Below are positions 24,515-35,248 of a DNA stretch of 64,000 nt, piece by piece; the stretch's first letter is position 1; every line of letters starts with the position of its first letter. A program made the translations under genes and the position numbers. The notes beneath the pieces were generated by a model. The model saw nothing but the letters and a program-made list of their open reading frames with translations. It made no database searches and had not been told where the DNA came from. The stretch lies in the IMG/VR virus record IMGVR_UViG_3300023237_000001. The stretch is one strand, 5' to 3'. The DNA comes from an uncultured virus (IMG/VR IMGVR_UViG_3300023237_000001) (Duplodnaviria; Heunggongvirae; Uroviricota; Caudoviricetes).

Positions 24515-26359
24515 CTAAACAATACTGGTGTAGCCATTGTCTAGAGAAAAGTTGTATACCCTGCTATTAGTACTAATGAATGAATCTGAATGAGTCACTA
24601 GAAATACTGATGAAGATGTTGATTTCATTTCGATTAATAATGCAACTTTCTCAATATTTGAATTTGATAGTGATTCAAATACCTCGTCCATTAATAAAAT
24701 ATTAACCGGTTTGTTTGACATGGTAATAGAATGCATCCCAAAAGCTATAACCACATTTACTAATTGAGATTGTCCCCCAGATAAATCCGCATATGGAATT
24801 TCATTACCATCTTTAATTACCACTATTTTAAAATCTTGGGCTGCCTTGGCAGTATCAATCCTAAATTCTATTATACCCTCTATAATGGGGCAGTATTCTA
24901 AAAGGGCCTCATTAAGTTCTTCTATAAGGTGTTGGAATAAAAAAGCTTTAATACCTTTGTTTGATAGCGCATCTTTAATTAACCATTCTAAATCTTGGAT
25001 TTGGCCCATGGCTAATTCTATTATTTTTTGGTTTTTATTAATCCAGGCTTTTTTGGTTTTAATTTCTTTTTTATGTTTTTGTATTAAATCTTTGTTGTTC
25101 ACAAATTTTAAATCCTTAATATCTAATAAAGCTTTATCTATAAGTTGTTGATAAAGGGTTTGATTTTCCTTGGTGTTATTTAAATTATTAATGGTGGTTT
25201 GTTGTTCGGTATAACTTTGTTTTAAGGTTTGGTATTTTTCTAAAGCTAATTTTGTTGTTTTGGTTTTAGCATTTAATTCATCAACCTTTTTTAAACATTT
25301 ACCATAAAGTTTCCTTGTTATGGTTAACGTTTTTTCCTTTTTTTGTTTAAGTAATTTAATGTCTTCCCTTTGTTTAAGGAATTGTTTTTTATTTATGGTT
25401 TGTTCGCATTTACCACAAACCTTTACTTCTTGTTTAAGTTCATCCCCTAATACTTCAATGTTGTCTGTTAGAATTTCAATGTCATGCAAGTAGGTGTATA
25501 GTTTACCCTGTAATTCTCCCATGTTAATTATAGCCCCATCTTGCTTAAGTGGGGGTATAGGTTCTTTTAGGGTATTTTTTAATATTTTTGATAAAGTGCC
25601 TTTTACTTCATCATAACTTAAGATTTTAACCCTCCATTCTTTTATTCGGGTTTTTAAGTGATTTTTCCTTTCCTTTAATAGGGCTTTTTGTTTTTTATCT
25701 GTTTCAGATACTTGTTTTATGATAGCTTTTTTCTCTTGTATGTTTTCTAACCCTATTTCAATAAGACCTTGTAATTGAGATGTGGATTGATTTAATTCTA
25801 CTAAATTTGTTTTACATGTTTCCTTGGCTTTATTAATATAATTTGATTCAAAGATTTCATCAAAAACAGATTTTTGTTTAGACCCGGTTTCCTCTATTAA
25901 CCTTTTCATTTTTTGACCGAAAACAATGGTGTTTTTAAATAATTCAAATGAAAAACCTAGGTTGTCTATGATTATCTTGTTTAGGTCTATTTTGTTTTGG
26001 TATTCTAAAAATGGTATTCCCCCGATATAATAAAATAACCCGTTACCTCCTTTAACATCTCCTACTAAACCCTTATAATTAATACATCTTACAACCTTAT
26101 GCTCAACCCCTTCTATGTAACAAACTGAAGAAACCATTGTACCTTCCCAGTTTTCATCCCTTAGGTGTTCCCAGGTAGCTATATTTTCAACATCTTTTAA
26201 AGGCTTTTTATACCAAACCCAACTTAGGGCTGATAACAGGGTTGTTTTACCTAAACCATTATCACCTTGAAATATATTTAAACCTTGTTGGTCAAAATCA
26301 AATTCCATATTTCCTATGCTACCAAACCCTATAATATGTATGTCTGTAAATTTTCTCAT
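24515..26359 (-). CDS. sbcC: SbcC/Rad50/gp46-like ATPase
   Basis: Walker A GDNGLGKTT, coiled coil with CGKC zinc hook, LSGGQ signature, LLMDE. Confidence 0.92.
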   Translation of the reverse strand: MRKFTDIHIIGFGSIGNMEFDFDQQGLNIFQGDNGLGKTTLLSALSWVWYKKPLKDVENIATWEHLRDENWEGTMVSSVCYIEGVEHKVVRCINYKGLVGDVKGGNGLFYYIGGIPFLEYQNKIDLNKIIIDNLGFSFELFKNTIVFGQKMKRLIEETGSKQKSVFDEIFESNYINKAKETCKTNLVELNQSTSQLQGLIEIGLENIQEKKAIIKQVSETDKKQKALLKERKNHLKTRIKEWRVKILSYDEVKGTLSKILKNTLKEPIPPLKQDGAIINMGELQGKLYTYLHDIEILTDNIEVLGDELKQEVKVCGKCEQTINKKQFLKQREDIKLLKQKKEKTLTITRKLYGKCLKKVDELNAKTKTTKLALEKYQTLKQSYTEQQTTINNLNNTKENQTLYQQLIDKALLDIKDLKFVNNKDLIQKHKKEIKTKKAWINKNQKIIELAMGQIQDLEWLIKDALSNKGIKAFLFQHLIEELNEALLEYCPIIEGIIEFRIDTAKAAQDFKIVVIKDGNEIPYADLSGGQSQLVNVVIAFGMHSITMSNKPVNILLMDEVFESLSNSNIEKVALLIEMKSTSSSVFLVTHSDSFISTNSRVYNFSLDNGYTSIV

Positions 26360-27309
26360 TTGCTATCTTTTAATACTCTAAATAGTAGTTTCTTTCTTTT
26401 CTTATCTGTAATTCCCTTAGACTTTAGATATTGTTTAACTAGCAATTCCGTATTATCTGTATCTATTGCCTTTAGCTCATCTTTTGCATTCTTCTTTCTT
26501 GGTTTTGGGGTTTTATAATAATAATTCCAATTATCATTAATTGGAGGTTCTTCATCGTTTTCTAATTCTATAAATTCTGGGCCTTTCATATTTATAAATT
26601 CCCAGCTCATATCCGATTTAATTAAGTAACACCCATATTCAATACCCGAATCAGATTTCTTTTGTTGATTGGGGGATCCCATCATAAGTACATGAGGTAA
26701 TAGGACTTGAGGTAAATGAATATGACCTGATAACACTAAATCAAAACGGTTAAAGATTTTATATTTTATATTAAATGAAGTACCAACCTCTCTATAGTTT
26801 GTGTCCTTTGCCCCTGGTAAATCCGTATGAATCATTAATATATTTTTACCTTTACCTAGAGTTATGTTATTAATAATATCCTCAAAGTTTTGGTTTAATG
26901 AAATATAGGGTACACCATGTAAATGTACACCATCTGTAATTTCTATTGATTTATGGTCAATACAATACATATTATTAAATACCTGACTTAAGGTTTTAAT
27001 ATAAGATGGAGAAGGTTTATCTAAAGTGTTTGGAAAGCATTGGTCATGATTACCCGATATATTATAACTTTTAGTCCTTTTATGCCAGTATTTTAGTTTT
27101 GGTAAGGTTTTTTCAAGTAGTTGATTTGATAGGTTATTTTGATTATGAAACATATCTCCGGCAAAAAATACCGGTACATCATATTCCCTGGCCAATTTAA
27201 ATATTTTAGATTGTACCTTTAGATTCTTAACCACCCGGGATTGGTTACCATTAAATTGTTTAAAATCATGGTTGTGGGAATCCGTATATGCGATTGCTAT
27301 AACATCCAT
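26356..27309 (-). CDS. sbcD: SbcD/Mre11/gp47-like nuclease
   Basis: DSH, GDMFH, GNHD, SGHIH metallophosphoesterase motifs. Confidence 0.9.
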   Translation of the reverse strand: MDVIAIAYTDSHNHDFKQFNGNQSRVVKNLKVQSKIFKLAREYDVPVFFAGDMFHNQNNLSNQLLEKTLPKLKYWHKRTKSYNISGNHDQCFPNTLDKPSPSYIKTLSQVFNNMYCIDHKSIEITDGVHLHGVPYISLNQNFEDIINNITLGKGKNILMIHTDLPGAKDTNYREVGTSFNIKYKIFNRFDLVLSGHIHLPQVLLPHVLMMGSPNQQKKSDSGIEYGCYLIKSDMSWEFINMKGPEFIELENDEEPPINDNWNYYYKTPKPRKKNAKDELKAIDTDNTELLVKQYLKSKGITDKKRKKLLFRVLKDSK

Positions 27310-27941
27310 TTGTTTGCCATTACATTAGGTGCTTGTAAAAATTTCATTGTTTCATACATTCTTTGGGCAAAGTCCCAATAATGTAATACAAATACATTAT
27401 AATTACCTTCTTCTTTTTTAAATACCCCTAAATAATCTTCTCTTAGGATATATGTAAATATAGCTGAAGTTGTTTCTTGAAACATACGGGAATTTATTCT
27501 TTTACCATTATCTTCTAATATTATATGATCTCCAAAGGGTATGAATATAAGGGTATTGGATAAAATGGTTAAGTCTTTACACCTTTGTTTATAAACTTCA
27601 CATTTTATGGGGTCTGTAAAGGATGAGTTTTGTAACATAAAATATACCATGGTATCAAAAGGTGTTCTATCGGTTATAAATTCCGGTAGGTCTTTTAAAG
27701 TTTCTAACCTATTATCCAATATAGCCATTTGATAATCAAATCCCAATTCAGGGTTACCCGCAATTTTAGAAAGGGCATCCGAATGAGAGGTAAACCCAAA
27801 TTGAGGCCAAACAGATGAGGCAGATGATTCAATGAAAGGAATACCCATAGTTTTAGATAATTCCTTAGCTAATGTGGTTTTACCAACCCCAGAGGGCCCA
27901 CATATAAATATTCGTTTTTTATTGTTTAACATAGTTTTCAA
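27297..27941 (-). CDS. P-loop nucleotide (dNMP) kinase
   Basis: GPSGVGKTT, ITDRTPFD, EDNGKR lid. Confidence 0.75.
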   Translation of the reverse strand: MKTMLNNKKRIFICGPSGVGKTTLAKELSKTMGIPFIESSASSVWPQFGFTSHSDALSKIAGNPELGFDYQMAILDNRLETLKDLPEFITDRTPFDTMVYFMLQNSSFTDPIKCEVYKQRCKDLTILSNTLIFIPFGDHIILEDNGKRINSRMFQETTSAIFTYILREDYLGVFKKEEGNYNVFVLHYWDFAQRMYETMKFLQAPNVMANKWML

Positions 27942-28815
27942 AGGTTTCTATAAATTCGGGTTTATACATTAATCTTGTTTCATATTTTAATAGTAAAGCT
28001 TTAGCCTTTTTTGTTTTGATCTTTTTACCTTTAACTTGTATATCCATAAATGATAAATCTTCTTGTTTTAGGTATTTTTTATAGAAGTATTTAAGATCAA
28101 TTAAAGACCTATTAAGTTCTACTTTTTCTTTTGTTATTTTTTCCCCAGGTGTTCCAAAATCCCCTTTTGTTTTAAAGAATGTTTCTATAGACCCAAATTT
28201 GTTTAGGAATTTATCAATGGTTTTTACACCAAACCCCGGTATACCCGGTATATGATCTGATTTATCCCCGTCTAAGGTAAGGTAATCAACTGTTTGTTCT
28301 GGGTGATAACCTTTACGGGTATATAGGTTTTTTGGAGTATAAAGCACTTGATCATGACCATCCCAAATTGAAATGTTATTGGTAAGTAATTGGTAAAAAT
28401 CCTTATCCCTAGAACATATTATTACTTCGTCATTTTTATGCTTTCTTAGGGCAACATACATTAGATCATCAGCCTCATACCCAGGTTCTTTAATACAGGT
28501 AATTCCCAAATATTTAAGGCATTTCATTATATCATCTCTTTGTGAAAAAAATGATTCTGCATCAAAGTTTTCCTTAGGTTCTCTGTTTTTATAATCGGGT
28601 AATAAGTTAAGCCTATGTTTTGATTTATTACCATCAAATATACAATAAACCAAATCAGGTTTAAATTTATTTATTAAACCCCTTGTCATGGTTAAAAAAC
28701 CATAAATGGTACCTGATTTAGTACCATCTATAGTAACCATACTTTGAAGCCTATAATATGCCCTATATAGGTTGTTATTTCCATCGATTATTAATACTCT
28801 AGGATTCTTCTTCAT
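27919..28815 (-). CDS. 5'-3' exonuclease / flap endonuclease
   Basis: IIDGNN, YK.NR, EADD, DKD, GDKSDHIPGIPGFG.KT. Confidence 0.92.
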   Translation of the reverse strand: MKKNPRVLIIDGNNNLYRAYYRLQSMVTIDGTKSGTIYGFLTMTRGLINKFKPDLVYCIFDGNKSKHRLNLLPDYKNREPKENFDAESFFSQRDDIMKCLKYLGITCIKEPGYEADDLMYVALRKHKNDEVIICSRDKDFYQLLTNNISIWDGHDQVLYTPKNLYTRKGYHPEQTVDYLTLDGDKSDHIPGIPGFGVKTIDKFLNKFGSIETFFKTKGDFGTPGEKITKEKVELNRSLIDLKYFYKKYLKQEDLSFMDIQVKGKKIKTKKAKALLLKYETRLMYKPEFIETFENYVKQ

Positions 28816-29932
28816 CGGATGTGGATTTAGATTGCTTTACCGGAAATAGGTTGCTTTCTTTGCTTGCTAGTTGCTTAATACATTTAGAAATAGTAACTAT
28901 CCCGGATTTTCTAATATACTTTCTACGCATTGTTATATCATCCAGGAGAAGCTGTGTAAATGATGCTGCTCCCCTAGCAATCATGTTATCATTTTTATCC
29001 CGGATTATTGATGTGTTCTTTTTTCTAAATACTACTTTTTTTCTTTCTAAAATATGAGGTAGGTCATAGTACTTATCAAACCCAATAGGAAAACCACAGT
29101 CGGTATGAAAATACATAGGAACCTTTAATAGGGTTTTCTTTTTAGGTGCTACCTTATTTTTCTTAACCCTTATTGATACCATCCTACCTATTTCTTCTTC
29201 TTCCCCATCAATTTTACCTTTTATAAAACTTGAACCATAAAAACCAATCCTAATAGAGGCATAGAATTTCATAGCTTTACCTCCAGGGGTAACATCGGGG
29301 TCTTCATATTTACTGGCCCCAATTTTTGACCTTAATTGATTTATACAAATAACCGTTACTCCTAAGTCATGAAATAATTCATTTCTTTCCCTTAGAAATT
29401 TATCAATTGCCTTAGCTCTATTTCCCATTTCAGCTTTAGCATCTGTGGCATCTGAATCCTTATTTGCTAAGGTGGTTAATGAAGCAACGGAATCTATCAC
29501 CAATAATATAGGTTCGTTATTTGTTAATGTACTTCTTAAATAATAAGCCCAATCGGCAGACCAATCAGATACTTTTTCTATTGCGGTTTCTTGATATAAA
29601 ATAACCTTATCATTATCTATACCATTTAGTTTAGACCAGTGTTCAGTGTATGAATGTTCAACATCTCCCCATAATACCATACCCCCTAATTTCTGAGTAC
29701 AGTATGCTGCATCAAATGCCATTAACGTTTTACCTGAGTTTTCTTCCCCGTAGAATTCAATTATTTTACCATAGGGAAAGCCCCCACCAATTAGATTGGT
29801 GAAGGCTAACATTCTACTCGGTATATATAGAGACTCTTCCTTGGGAATAACTATTGCGGAAGCATAGTCGGCATCGTATTTATTCTTTAGTTTCCCAAGG
29901 GTGAGGATTTTTCTTGCTACTTTATTTGCCAT
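28799..29932 (-). CDS. recA: RecA/UvsX recombinase
   Basis: GEENSGKT, IDSVA, INQLR, TPGGKAMKFYASIR, KKNKVAP. Confidence 0.95.
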   Translation of the reverse strand: MANKVARKILTLGKLKNKYDADYASAIVIPKEESLYIPSRMLAFTNLIGGGFPYGKIIEFYGEENSGKTLMAFDAAYCTQKLGGMVLWGDVEHSYTEHWSKLNGIDNDKVILYQETAIEKVSDWSADWAYYLRSTLTNNEPILLVIDSVASLTTLANKDSDATDAKAEMGNRAKAIDKFLRERNELFHDLGVTVICINQLRSKIGASKYEDPDVTPGGKAMKFYASIRIGFYGSSFIKGKIDGEEEEIGRMVSIRVKKNKVAPKKKTLLKVPMYFHTDCGFPIGFDKYYDLPHILERKKVVFRKKNTSIIRDKNDNMIARGAASFTQLLLDDITMRRKYIRKSGIVTISKCIKQLASKESNLFPVKQSKSTSDEEES

Positions 29933-29942
29933 GTTTATTTAG

Positions 29943-30680
29943 TTATACGTCTGATGATTTTTTCTTCTTAGCTTTTTTTCCTTTTTTCTTAGGTTCATCA
30001 TCTGAAGAATCAGGTGAATCATGTAAAAACTCTGAAACAACTTCCTCTGTTTCTTCATAGGTAGGGATTATCTTAGTTATCATATCTTCTAAGTTAATCA
30101 TTTTATGATGACCTTTTGGAGCTGGGGTATTTTTACAAGGTGATACTGAGTATTCTGTATCTTGCATTCCAGTACCTGACCTAATTAATTTAAGATCGTA
30201 CCCATTTTCTGGATCGGTTGGATCTCCCCATTCTTCATCAAGGAATAAATCAATTATTGATTCATATAAACCTTTAGTAAGTTGAACCATTCTACCAGTT
30301 TTATCCTTATCAACTTGTTTACCTTTATCATCGGCATATACAATAACTGGCATCATATATTTTTCCTTAGGAACCATTGTTTTAGCAATGTCTTTATCCC
30401 CTTCTTCTTCAGAATCTTTAAGCTCATTATATTTTTCATTAATGGCGCAAGGTAATCCAATAGTAACCGGAGAATAAACCCCTTTAAGTTTGGCCCCTAA
30501 ATAATGCTGCGTTATAGGTGCAACAAATTCTTCGTCTTCCCCACAAAACATAGGTCTTACCCTAAGTGTTCCCTCCTTAAGATAAATGATGCTACCTTTA
30601 CCACCTTTTTCTTTTAACTCTTTTTTCTTTTTAACCATTCTCTCTTTAAGAGAAGATTTTGTTTTTCCTGATTTAGCCAT
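29943..30680 (-). CDS. Single-stranded DNA-binding protein (gp32-like)
   Basis: DPTDPENGYDLKLIRSGTG.DTEY pattern; position between PolA and RecA. Confidence 0.7.
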   Translation of the reverse strand: MAKSGKTKSSLKERMVKKKKELKEKGGKGSIIYLKEGTLRVRPMFCGEDEEFVAPITQHYLGAKLKGVYSPVTIGLPCAINEKYNELKDSEEEGDKDIAKTMVPKEKYMMPVIVYADDKGKQVDKDKTGRMVQLTKGLYESIIDLFLDEEWGDPTDPENGYDLKLIRSGTGMQDTEYSVSPCKNTPAPKGHHKMINLEDMITKIIPTYEETEEVVSEFLHDSPDSSDDEPKKKGKKAKKKKSSDV

Positions 30681-30692
30681 TATTATGATTTA

Positions 30693-31151
30693 TTATGATT
30701 TATTTCTTGTGTTAGCGGATAATGTTTGTAACATAAAGGTCCTTGTTTCAAAGGCTTTTATTGCTGTATTTATATCCTGTACATTCTCTTCTAGTTTGAT
30801 TACTTCCCGCTTTAGTTTAATTATCTTTGGTGCACAATCAACTTTTGCTAGGAGATCATCCCTTGTAGGTCTATCTATACCATCTATACCCCTAGATTTA
30901 AATTTTATTTTTAATTCAGCTTCTGATTTTTTAAGTTCAATTTGTTTATCCTTAAGAAACCTGGTAAGCTTACTTGATAGTAAACCCAGGAATGCCACTG
31001 CTTGGGGTTGTTGTTTTAATTCCCGACCTATAACATTTTCGTCAATAACCAATTCTTCATAAAGGTTAAATTTGAATAGTTCGTCCCCATACTTAAAGAT
31101 CATATTCATTAATGGTGATTTTGCTGCAAATTTTTGAATGTTTGATTTCAT
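30693..31151 (-). CDS. UvsY-like recombination mediator
   Basis: Helical 152 aa ending FETRTFMLQTLSANTR; next to SSB and RecA. Confidence 0.55.
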   Translation of the reverse strand: MKSNIQKFAAKSPLMNMIFKYGDELFKFNLYEELVIDENVIGRELKQQPQAVAFLGLLSSKLTRFLKDKQIELKKSEAELKIKFKSRGIDGIDRPTRDDLLAKVDCAPKIIKLKREVIKLEENVQDINTAIKAFETRTFMLQTLSANTRNKS

Positions 31152-31170
31152 ATATTATAATAGTATAGGA

Positions 31171-33399
31171 TTATACCCAAGTGGAATAATCAATTTCTGG
31201 TTTATACCCTTTTAAATCCCCCCAGTGCTTCCCTATTTCAAAATCTACTTTCATTGTAACCCCTTCTATTTCAAATCCAAAAAATTCTTTAGTTTTGGGG
31301 TTAGCACATATTTCGGTTAAAACAGGAACTATAGGATGTATTATTTCTGGGTCTATATAATAGATAAGTGAATCATGTACGGTAATTTTATAATCTAAAC
31401 CTTTAAATAAAGCTTCTTGGGCTTTTATTCTTTTGGCTATTAGAATTGATGAAAATAAGGTGTAATCAGATGCACCACCTTGTATTGGGGCATTAATACT
31501 ATCCCTTAAAGCTTTTGATTTAATTCCAAAATTACTATCATCTATACCAGGTAACCTTCTTTTTCTACCAAATACATTTGTTACAAACCCATCCCTTTTA
31601 ACCCGTTTATGGGTTTTCTTAATATATTTATCAATCATGGGAAATGTATCAGCAAATTCATCTAGGAATCTTTGAGCCATTTTTTGATCAACTATAATAC
31701 CATCTTCAGGGCTGGATAGGGATTCTGATAATGCCTTAGCCCCTTGTCCATAAACAATTCCGAAATTAATTGTTTTAGCTTGTTTACGTTTAATACTCCA
31801 AGCTTTATGTTCTGGGTGATCTTCATCTAAATATAGGGGTAAGATTTTATTGTAATCTTCTCCATATTTTTTACAGGCTGAATCTAGGTGAATATCCCTT
31901 CCAACCCTAAATCCTTCTATCATGGTTTTTTCCCCAGCTGCAGCAGCTAATACCCTTAACTCAGCTTGAGAGTAATCTAATTGCATTAACAGTTTACCGG
32001 GAGGGGTTATAAACATACGTTTAATATCTGAAGAGGTGGTACCCCTGGGTATATTTTGTAAGTTTGGATTCCTGGATGATAATCTTCCTGTTACGGTTCC
32101 TGTTAATAAAAATGACCCATGAATTTTACCCTCAGATGATACCTTGTTACGCATACCTTTTATATAGGTACCAAATAATTTTTCTAAACCTCTATACTTT
32201 AATAATAATTCAATAAACCCTGTATCATCATCCGCTTTTAATTCTATAAGGGTATCTTCATCCGTTGATGGATTATCTGTTTGTATTTTTCTTCTACCCT
32301 CTTTTTTCATGGTAAACCTTTTGGGGGTAAAATTAAAACCTTTTTTACTGGTAAAAAATAATTGCCTTAGGTGGTGAGTAGAAGACATATTAAAAGGAGC
32401 AATTTTAGTAAGTTCTTTATTGGTCGTAAATTCACCAGCCCTATATCTCATAAGTTTACCCTCCCTATTTCTAATTCGGGTATTAACAGACCTTGTTAAT
32501 TTACTAATTGCTATATCATCATCCCCCAATTCTTCTTGTCCAACTAGCAGCTCTTTATTAGCAGCTTTAATTTCAATTTCAACCTCTTCTATTAATTGTT
32601 TTTTACATTGCTTTATCCTATATAAATCAAATCGCCTAACCATTTTATGGGATTTTACTTCCAGTAATAGTTGGTCAATTTTAATTTGATATTCTTCAAC
32701 TAACCTATCTAAATATGGTACATCAATTACAAGCCCTTCAAATACTGCATCTCCCAATACCCTAAGCCCATTACATAACATATTACGATATAAACTATAT
32801 AACCCAATTTTAATTAAAATGGGTTCATAAAAGTTATGTAATTTAAATGTTGTATCGCAATCAGTAGCGCAATATACAGCCAGGGGTTCTAAGGGTTTTT
32901 TATCCCAGGCTAAAGCTTTAAATCCAGTTTGTTCTTTATACCCATCATATTGAGGTAAAAATGTTTTAACCTGGTATTCTAAAGATTTAAGGGTATTTTC
33001 ATCCAATAAATGTTTGGCAAGCATTGTATCAAATAACCTACCTTGAATTGTTAGATTATATTTTTTTAACCATAGGTATTCAAATTCCGCATTCTGGGCT
33101 ATTTTGGTTATGTTAATATCATTAAATACCCCTTCAGCAAACTCGGTTAATATATCAATAAAACAATCTTTCCAAGGGGAATCAAAATGACCCAAAGGAA
33201 TAACCCAAGCAGACCCAGGTTGAAAAGAAACGCCCATAAGGGTTGGATATGAATAAGGTTCATAATAAGGTTCCCCAGAGGTTTCAAAATCAAATGAACA
33301 ATAGGTGGTAGTTTTACAATGTTGTATTAATTGCCTTAATTCTTTTTTGGTAGAAATTATTTTTACCTGGGTAATTGATTCTGTAGTTACTTCTATCAT
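31171..33399 (-). CDS. polA: Family A DNA polymerase with 3'-5' exonuclease
   Basis: DFET exo I, TGRLSS.NPNLQNIP, DYSQAELR, KTINFGIVYG, VHDS. Confidence 0.97.
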   Translation of the reverse strand: MIEVTTESITQVKIISTKKELRQLIQHCKTTTYCSFDFETSGEPYYEPYSYPTLMGVSFQPGSAWVIPLGHFDSPWKDCFIDILTEFAEGVFNDINITKIAQNAEFEYLWLKKYNLTIQGRLFDTMLAKHLLDENTLKSLEYQVKTFLPQYDGYKEQTGFKALAWDKKPLEPLAVYCATDCDTTFKLHNFYEPILIKIGLYSLYRNMLCNGLRVLGDAVFEGLVIDVPYLDRLVEEYQIKIDQLLLEVKSHKMVRRFDLYRIKQCKKQLIEEVEIEIKAANKELLVGQEELGDDDIAISKLTRSVNTRIRNREGKLMRYRAGEFTTNKELTKIAPFNMSSTHHLRQLFFTSKKGFNFTPKRFTMKKEGRRKIQTDNPSTDEDTLIELKADDDTGFIELLLKYRGLEKLFGTYIKGMRNKVSSEGKIHGSFLLTGTVTGRLSSRNPNLQNIPRGTTSSDIKRMFITPPGKLLMQLDYSQAELRVLAAAAGEKTMIEGFRVGRDIHLDSACKKYGEDYNKILPLYLDEDHPEHKAWSIKRKQAKTINFGIVYGQGAKALSESLSSPEDGIIVDQKMAQRFLDEFADTFPMIDKYIKKTHKRVKRDGFVTNVFGRKRRLPGIDDSNFGIKSKALRDSINAPIQGGASDYTLFSSILIAKRIKAQEALFKGLDYKITVHDSLIYYIDPEIIHPIVPVLTEICANPKTKEFFGFEIEGVTMKVDFEIGKHWGDLKGYKPEIDYSTWV

Positions 33400-33833
33400 T
33401 TGTATGTTAAGGTTTTGTTACTGCTAAATTGACCTATAGAAACTAATGTGTTTAGTAAATGTTCTGAATTTCTATATGGTATATTATAAATTATTTTTTT
33501 TATTCCGGCTTGAGTAAGTAGGTTAAGGCATTTTTTACATGGAGAATGGGTTATATAAACTGAGCAGTTATTCATGGGTATGGCTTCCTTAGCACAAAAT
33601 GCTATTAGGTTTTCTTCAGCATGTAAAGTTTTAGTACAGGGTTTATCTATATTACATTCTAAATAACATGTATCTAAATTACCTGGTAATAAACCATTAT
33701 ATGAATTAGCTATTATCCTGTTATCTTTCACCAATACGGCCCCTACTTGGAGCCGTTGGCATAGTGATCTTTTTGATGAAAGAATGGCTAACCCCATGAA
33801 TAATTCACTTCTATTAATTCGCTTGTGTTGCAT
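33396..33833 (-). CDS. dCMP deaminase
   Basis: RSLC...VGAV, HAEEN, SPCKKC. Confidence 0.9.
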   Translation of the reverse strand: MQHKRINRSELFMGLAILSSKRSLCQRLQVGAVLVKDNRIIANSYNGLLPGNLDTCYLECNIDKPCTKTLHAEENLIAFCAKEAIPMNNCSVYITHSPCKKCLNLLTQAGIKKIIYNIPYRNSEHLLNTLVSIGQFSSNKTLTYK

Positions 33834-33836
33834 ATA

Positions 33837-34454
33837 TTATAATAGCTCCGTTATCATAACCTTCATTTTATTAATATCCTTTTCTTCAAAACTAACCTCC
33901 CTAAAAATTAGTTTGGTTGGCATCAAGGTAATTGGTGCTATACTTTCTTGTTGAGTATTAATCCAAACCCAGGTAAGAAACCTTATACTATAGGTTAAAC
34001 ATTTACAAATATCCAACCAATGACCCTGATTAAGAGTTACCTTAAGTTGTAGTTCATTATCCGTATTTATAAATACATCGGTTTGTAAATCCCCATTAGG
34101 TGAATTAAAACAAATAGGGTTTTCATCTGGTATTTCTTTGTTAATAGGGGCATATATACGAGTGTTTAGGTTTAATCTATTCTGTATATGATACACTTGA
34201 TCTTTGTTACGGTAAGCTTCTAATATCATATCCCGGGTTAAATGCCCTTTGGCATTTTGTACATACCAGTCAACCCGAGTTTTGGTTTTTAGGTGGTGTT
34301 CTTCATTGGTAAATAATGATAGTGTGTTATCAATCTCATTAACCAAGTATGAAGCCGAATGTTTGTAATTAGCATCTATACCCTCTATACCCATTTCACT
34401 TAACTCCCTAAGTATAGCTGGCATAAACTGTGGTAAATCTTTAAATTCTCTCAT
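33837..34454 (-). CDS. Degenerate thymidylate-synthase-fold-like protein
   Basis: Size, position and faint secondary-structure pattern (RELSEMG, NELQLKVTL..helix) only; PC and RSxD motifs absent. Confidence 0.35.
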   Translation of the reverse strand: MREFKDLPQFMPAILRELSEMGIEGIDANYKHSASYLVNEIDNTLSLFTNEEHHLKTKTRVDWYVQNAKGHLTRDMILEAYRNKDQVYHIQNRLNLNTRIYAPINKEIPDENPICFNSPNGDLQTDVFINTDNELQLKVTLNQGHWLDICKCLTYSIRFLTWVWINTQQESIAPITLMPTKLIFREVSFEEKDINKMKVMITELL

Positions 34455-34456
34455 GA

Positions 34457-35248
34457 TTATTGATTAGGTAATTTAAGGTTCTTTGCAATTATAGGTGTAC
34501 TTCCAGAGATAGGAACCCCATCTATTCTTTGTAATTGTTTAATAGTTCTTTGGTGTACCTTATAACTTACTGTATTTACATCTATCTTGAGATAGGTTTT
34601 TAATTTAGCTAGGCATAAATCTGTAAATTTATGTGGTACTAAGGTTTTGGATTTTTTGTGTAATTTTTTTAGGTTTTTATGAGAATGGTACATTATACCT
34701 GATTCAATAACCATATACATATTTGGGCAAAATATTTCAACCGAAAAGTGGGAATCTTCCCCATAAATATATTCTCCAATACGTTGAACTAATAACAAAT
34801 CAAATATTAATCTCTTGGTTATTTCAGATGCCCTTATGTTTACACAAAGATATGGGTATAATTCTTTGTTTCTTTTATGGAATGTAATTGAATTTAAGCA
34901 ACCTTTACCATGACCATGTTTATTGGTAAATTTCATGGTTTCGGTATATTTGTTTTGTTTTTTACTTTCTCTTACATGAATCCTTGATCTTACCACATCC
35001 AATTCATTCATACTAATATAATTACCTACCAATGAAGTCCATTTCATAAGTTTGTAACCAAATAAGTCATTGAAATTAAAATTCTCATCTATCTTACCTT
35101 CTTTGATTTCAATAAAGGCATTGTAGGCAATTAATTCGTTGGCGGCATAATTCCCACCATTAACCAATATTGAATTAGGGTCTAATAAGAATAATTCGTT
35201 AATCTTTTCCCAGGCTTCTTGGGAATCTCCAGCGGTAATTCTTAACAT
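34457..35248 (-). CDS. Divergent thymidylate-synthase-fold enzyme (dCMP/dUMP C5-modifying)
   Basis: KGCLNSITF (catalytic Cys) and LCVNIRASEITKRLIFDLLL, corresponding to TS RSxD..FN with Asp at the specificity site. Confidence 0.6.
   Translation of the reverse strand: MLRITAGDSQEAWEKINELFLLDPNSILVNGGNYAANELIAYNAFIEIKEGKIDENFNFNDLFGYKLMKWTSLVGNYISMNELDVVRSRIHVRESKKQNKYTETMKFTNKHGHGKGCLNSITFHKRNKELYPYLCVNIRASEITKRLIFDLLLVQRIGEYIYGEDSHFSVEIFCPNMYMVIESGIMYHSHKNLKKLHKKSKTLVPHKFTDLCLAKLKTYLKIDVNTVSYKVHQRTIKQLQRIDGVPISGSTPIIAKNLKLPNQ

Noticed and set aside
31171..33399. Intein or intron in DNA polymerase
   Set aside because: The helical insert lacks splice-junction and homing-endonuclease motifs; overall length is normal
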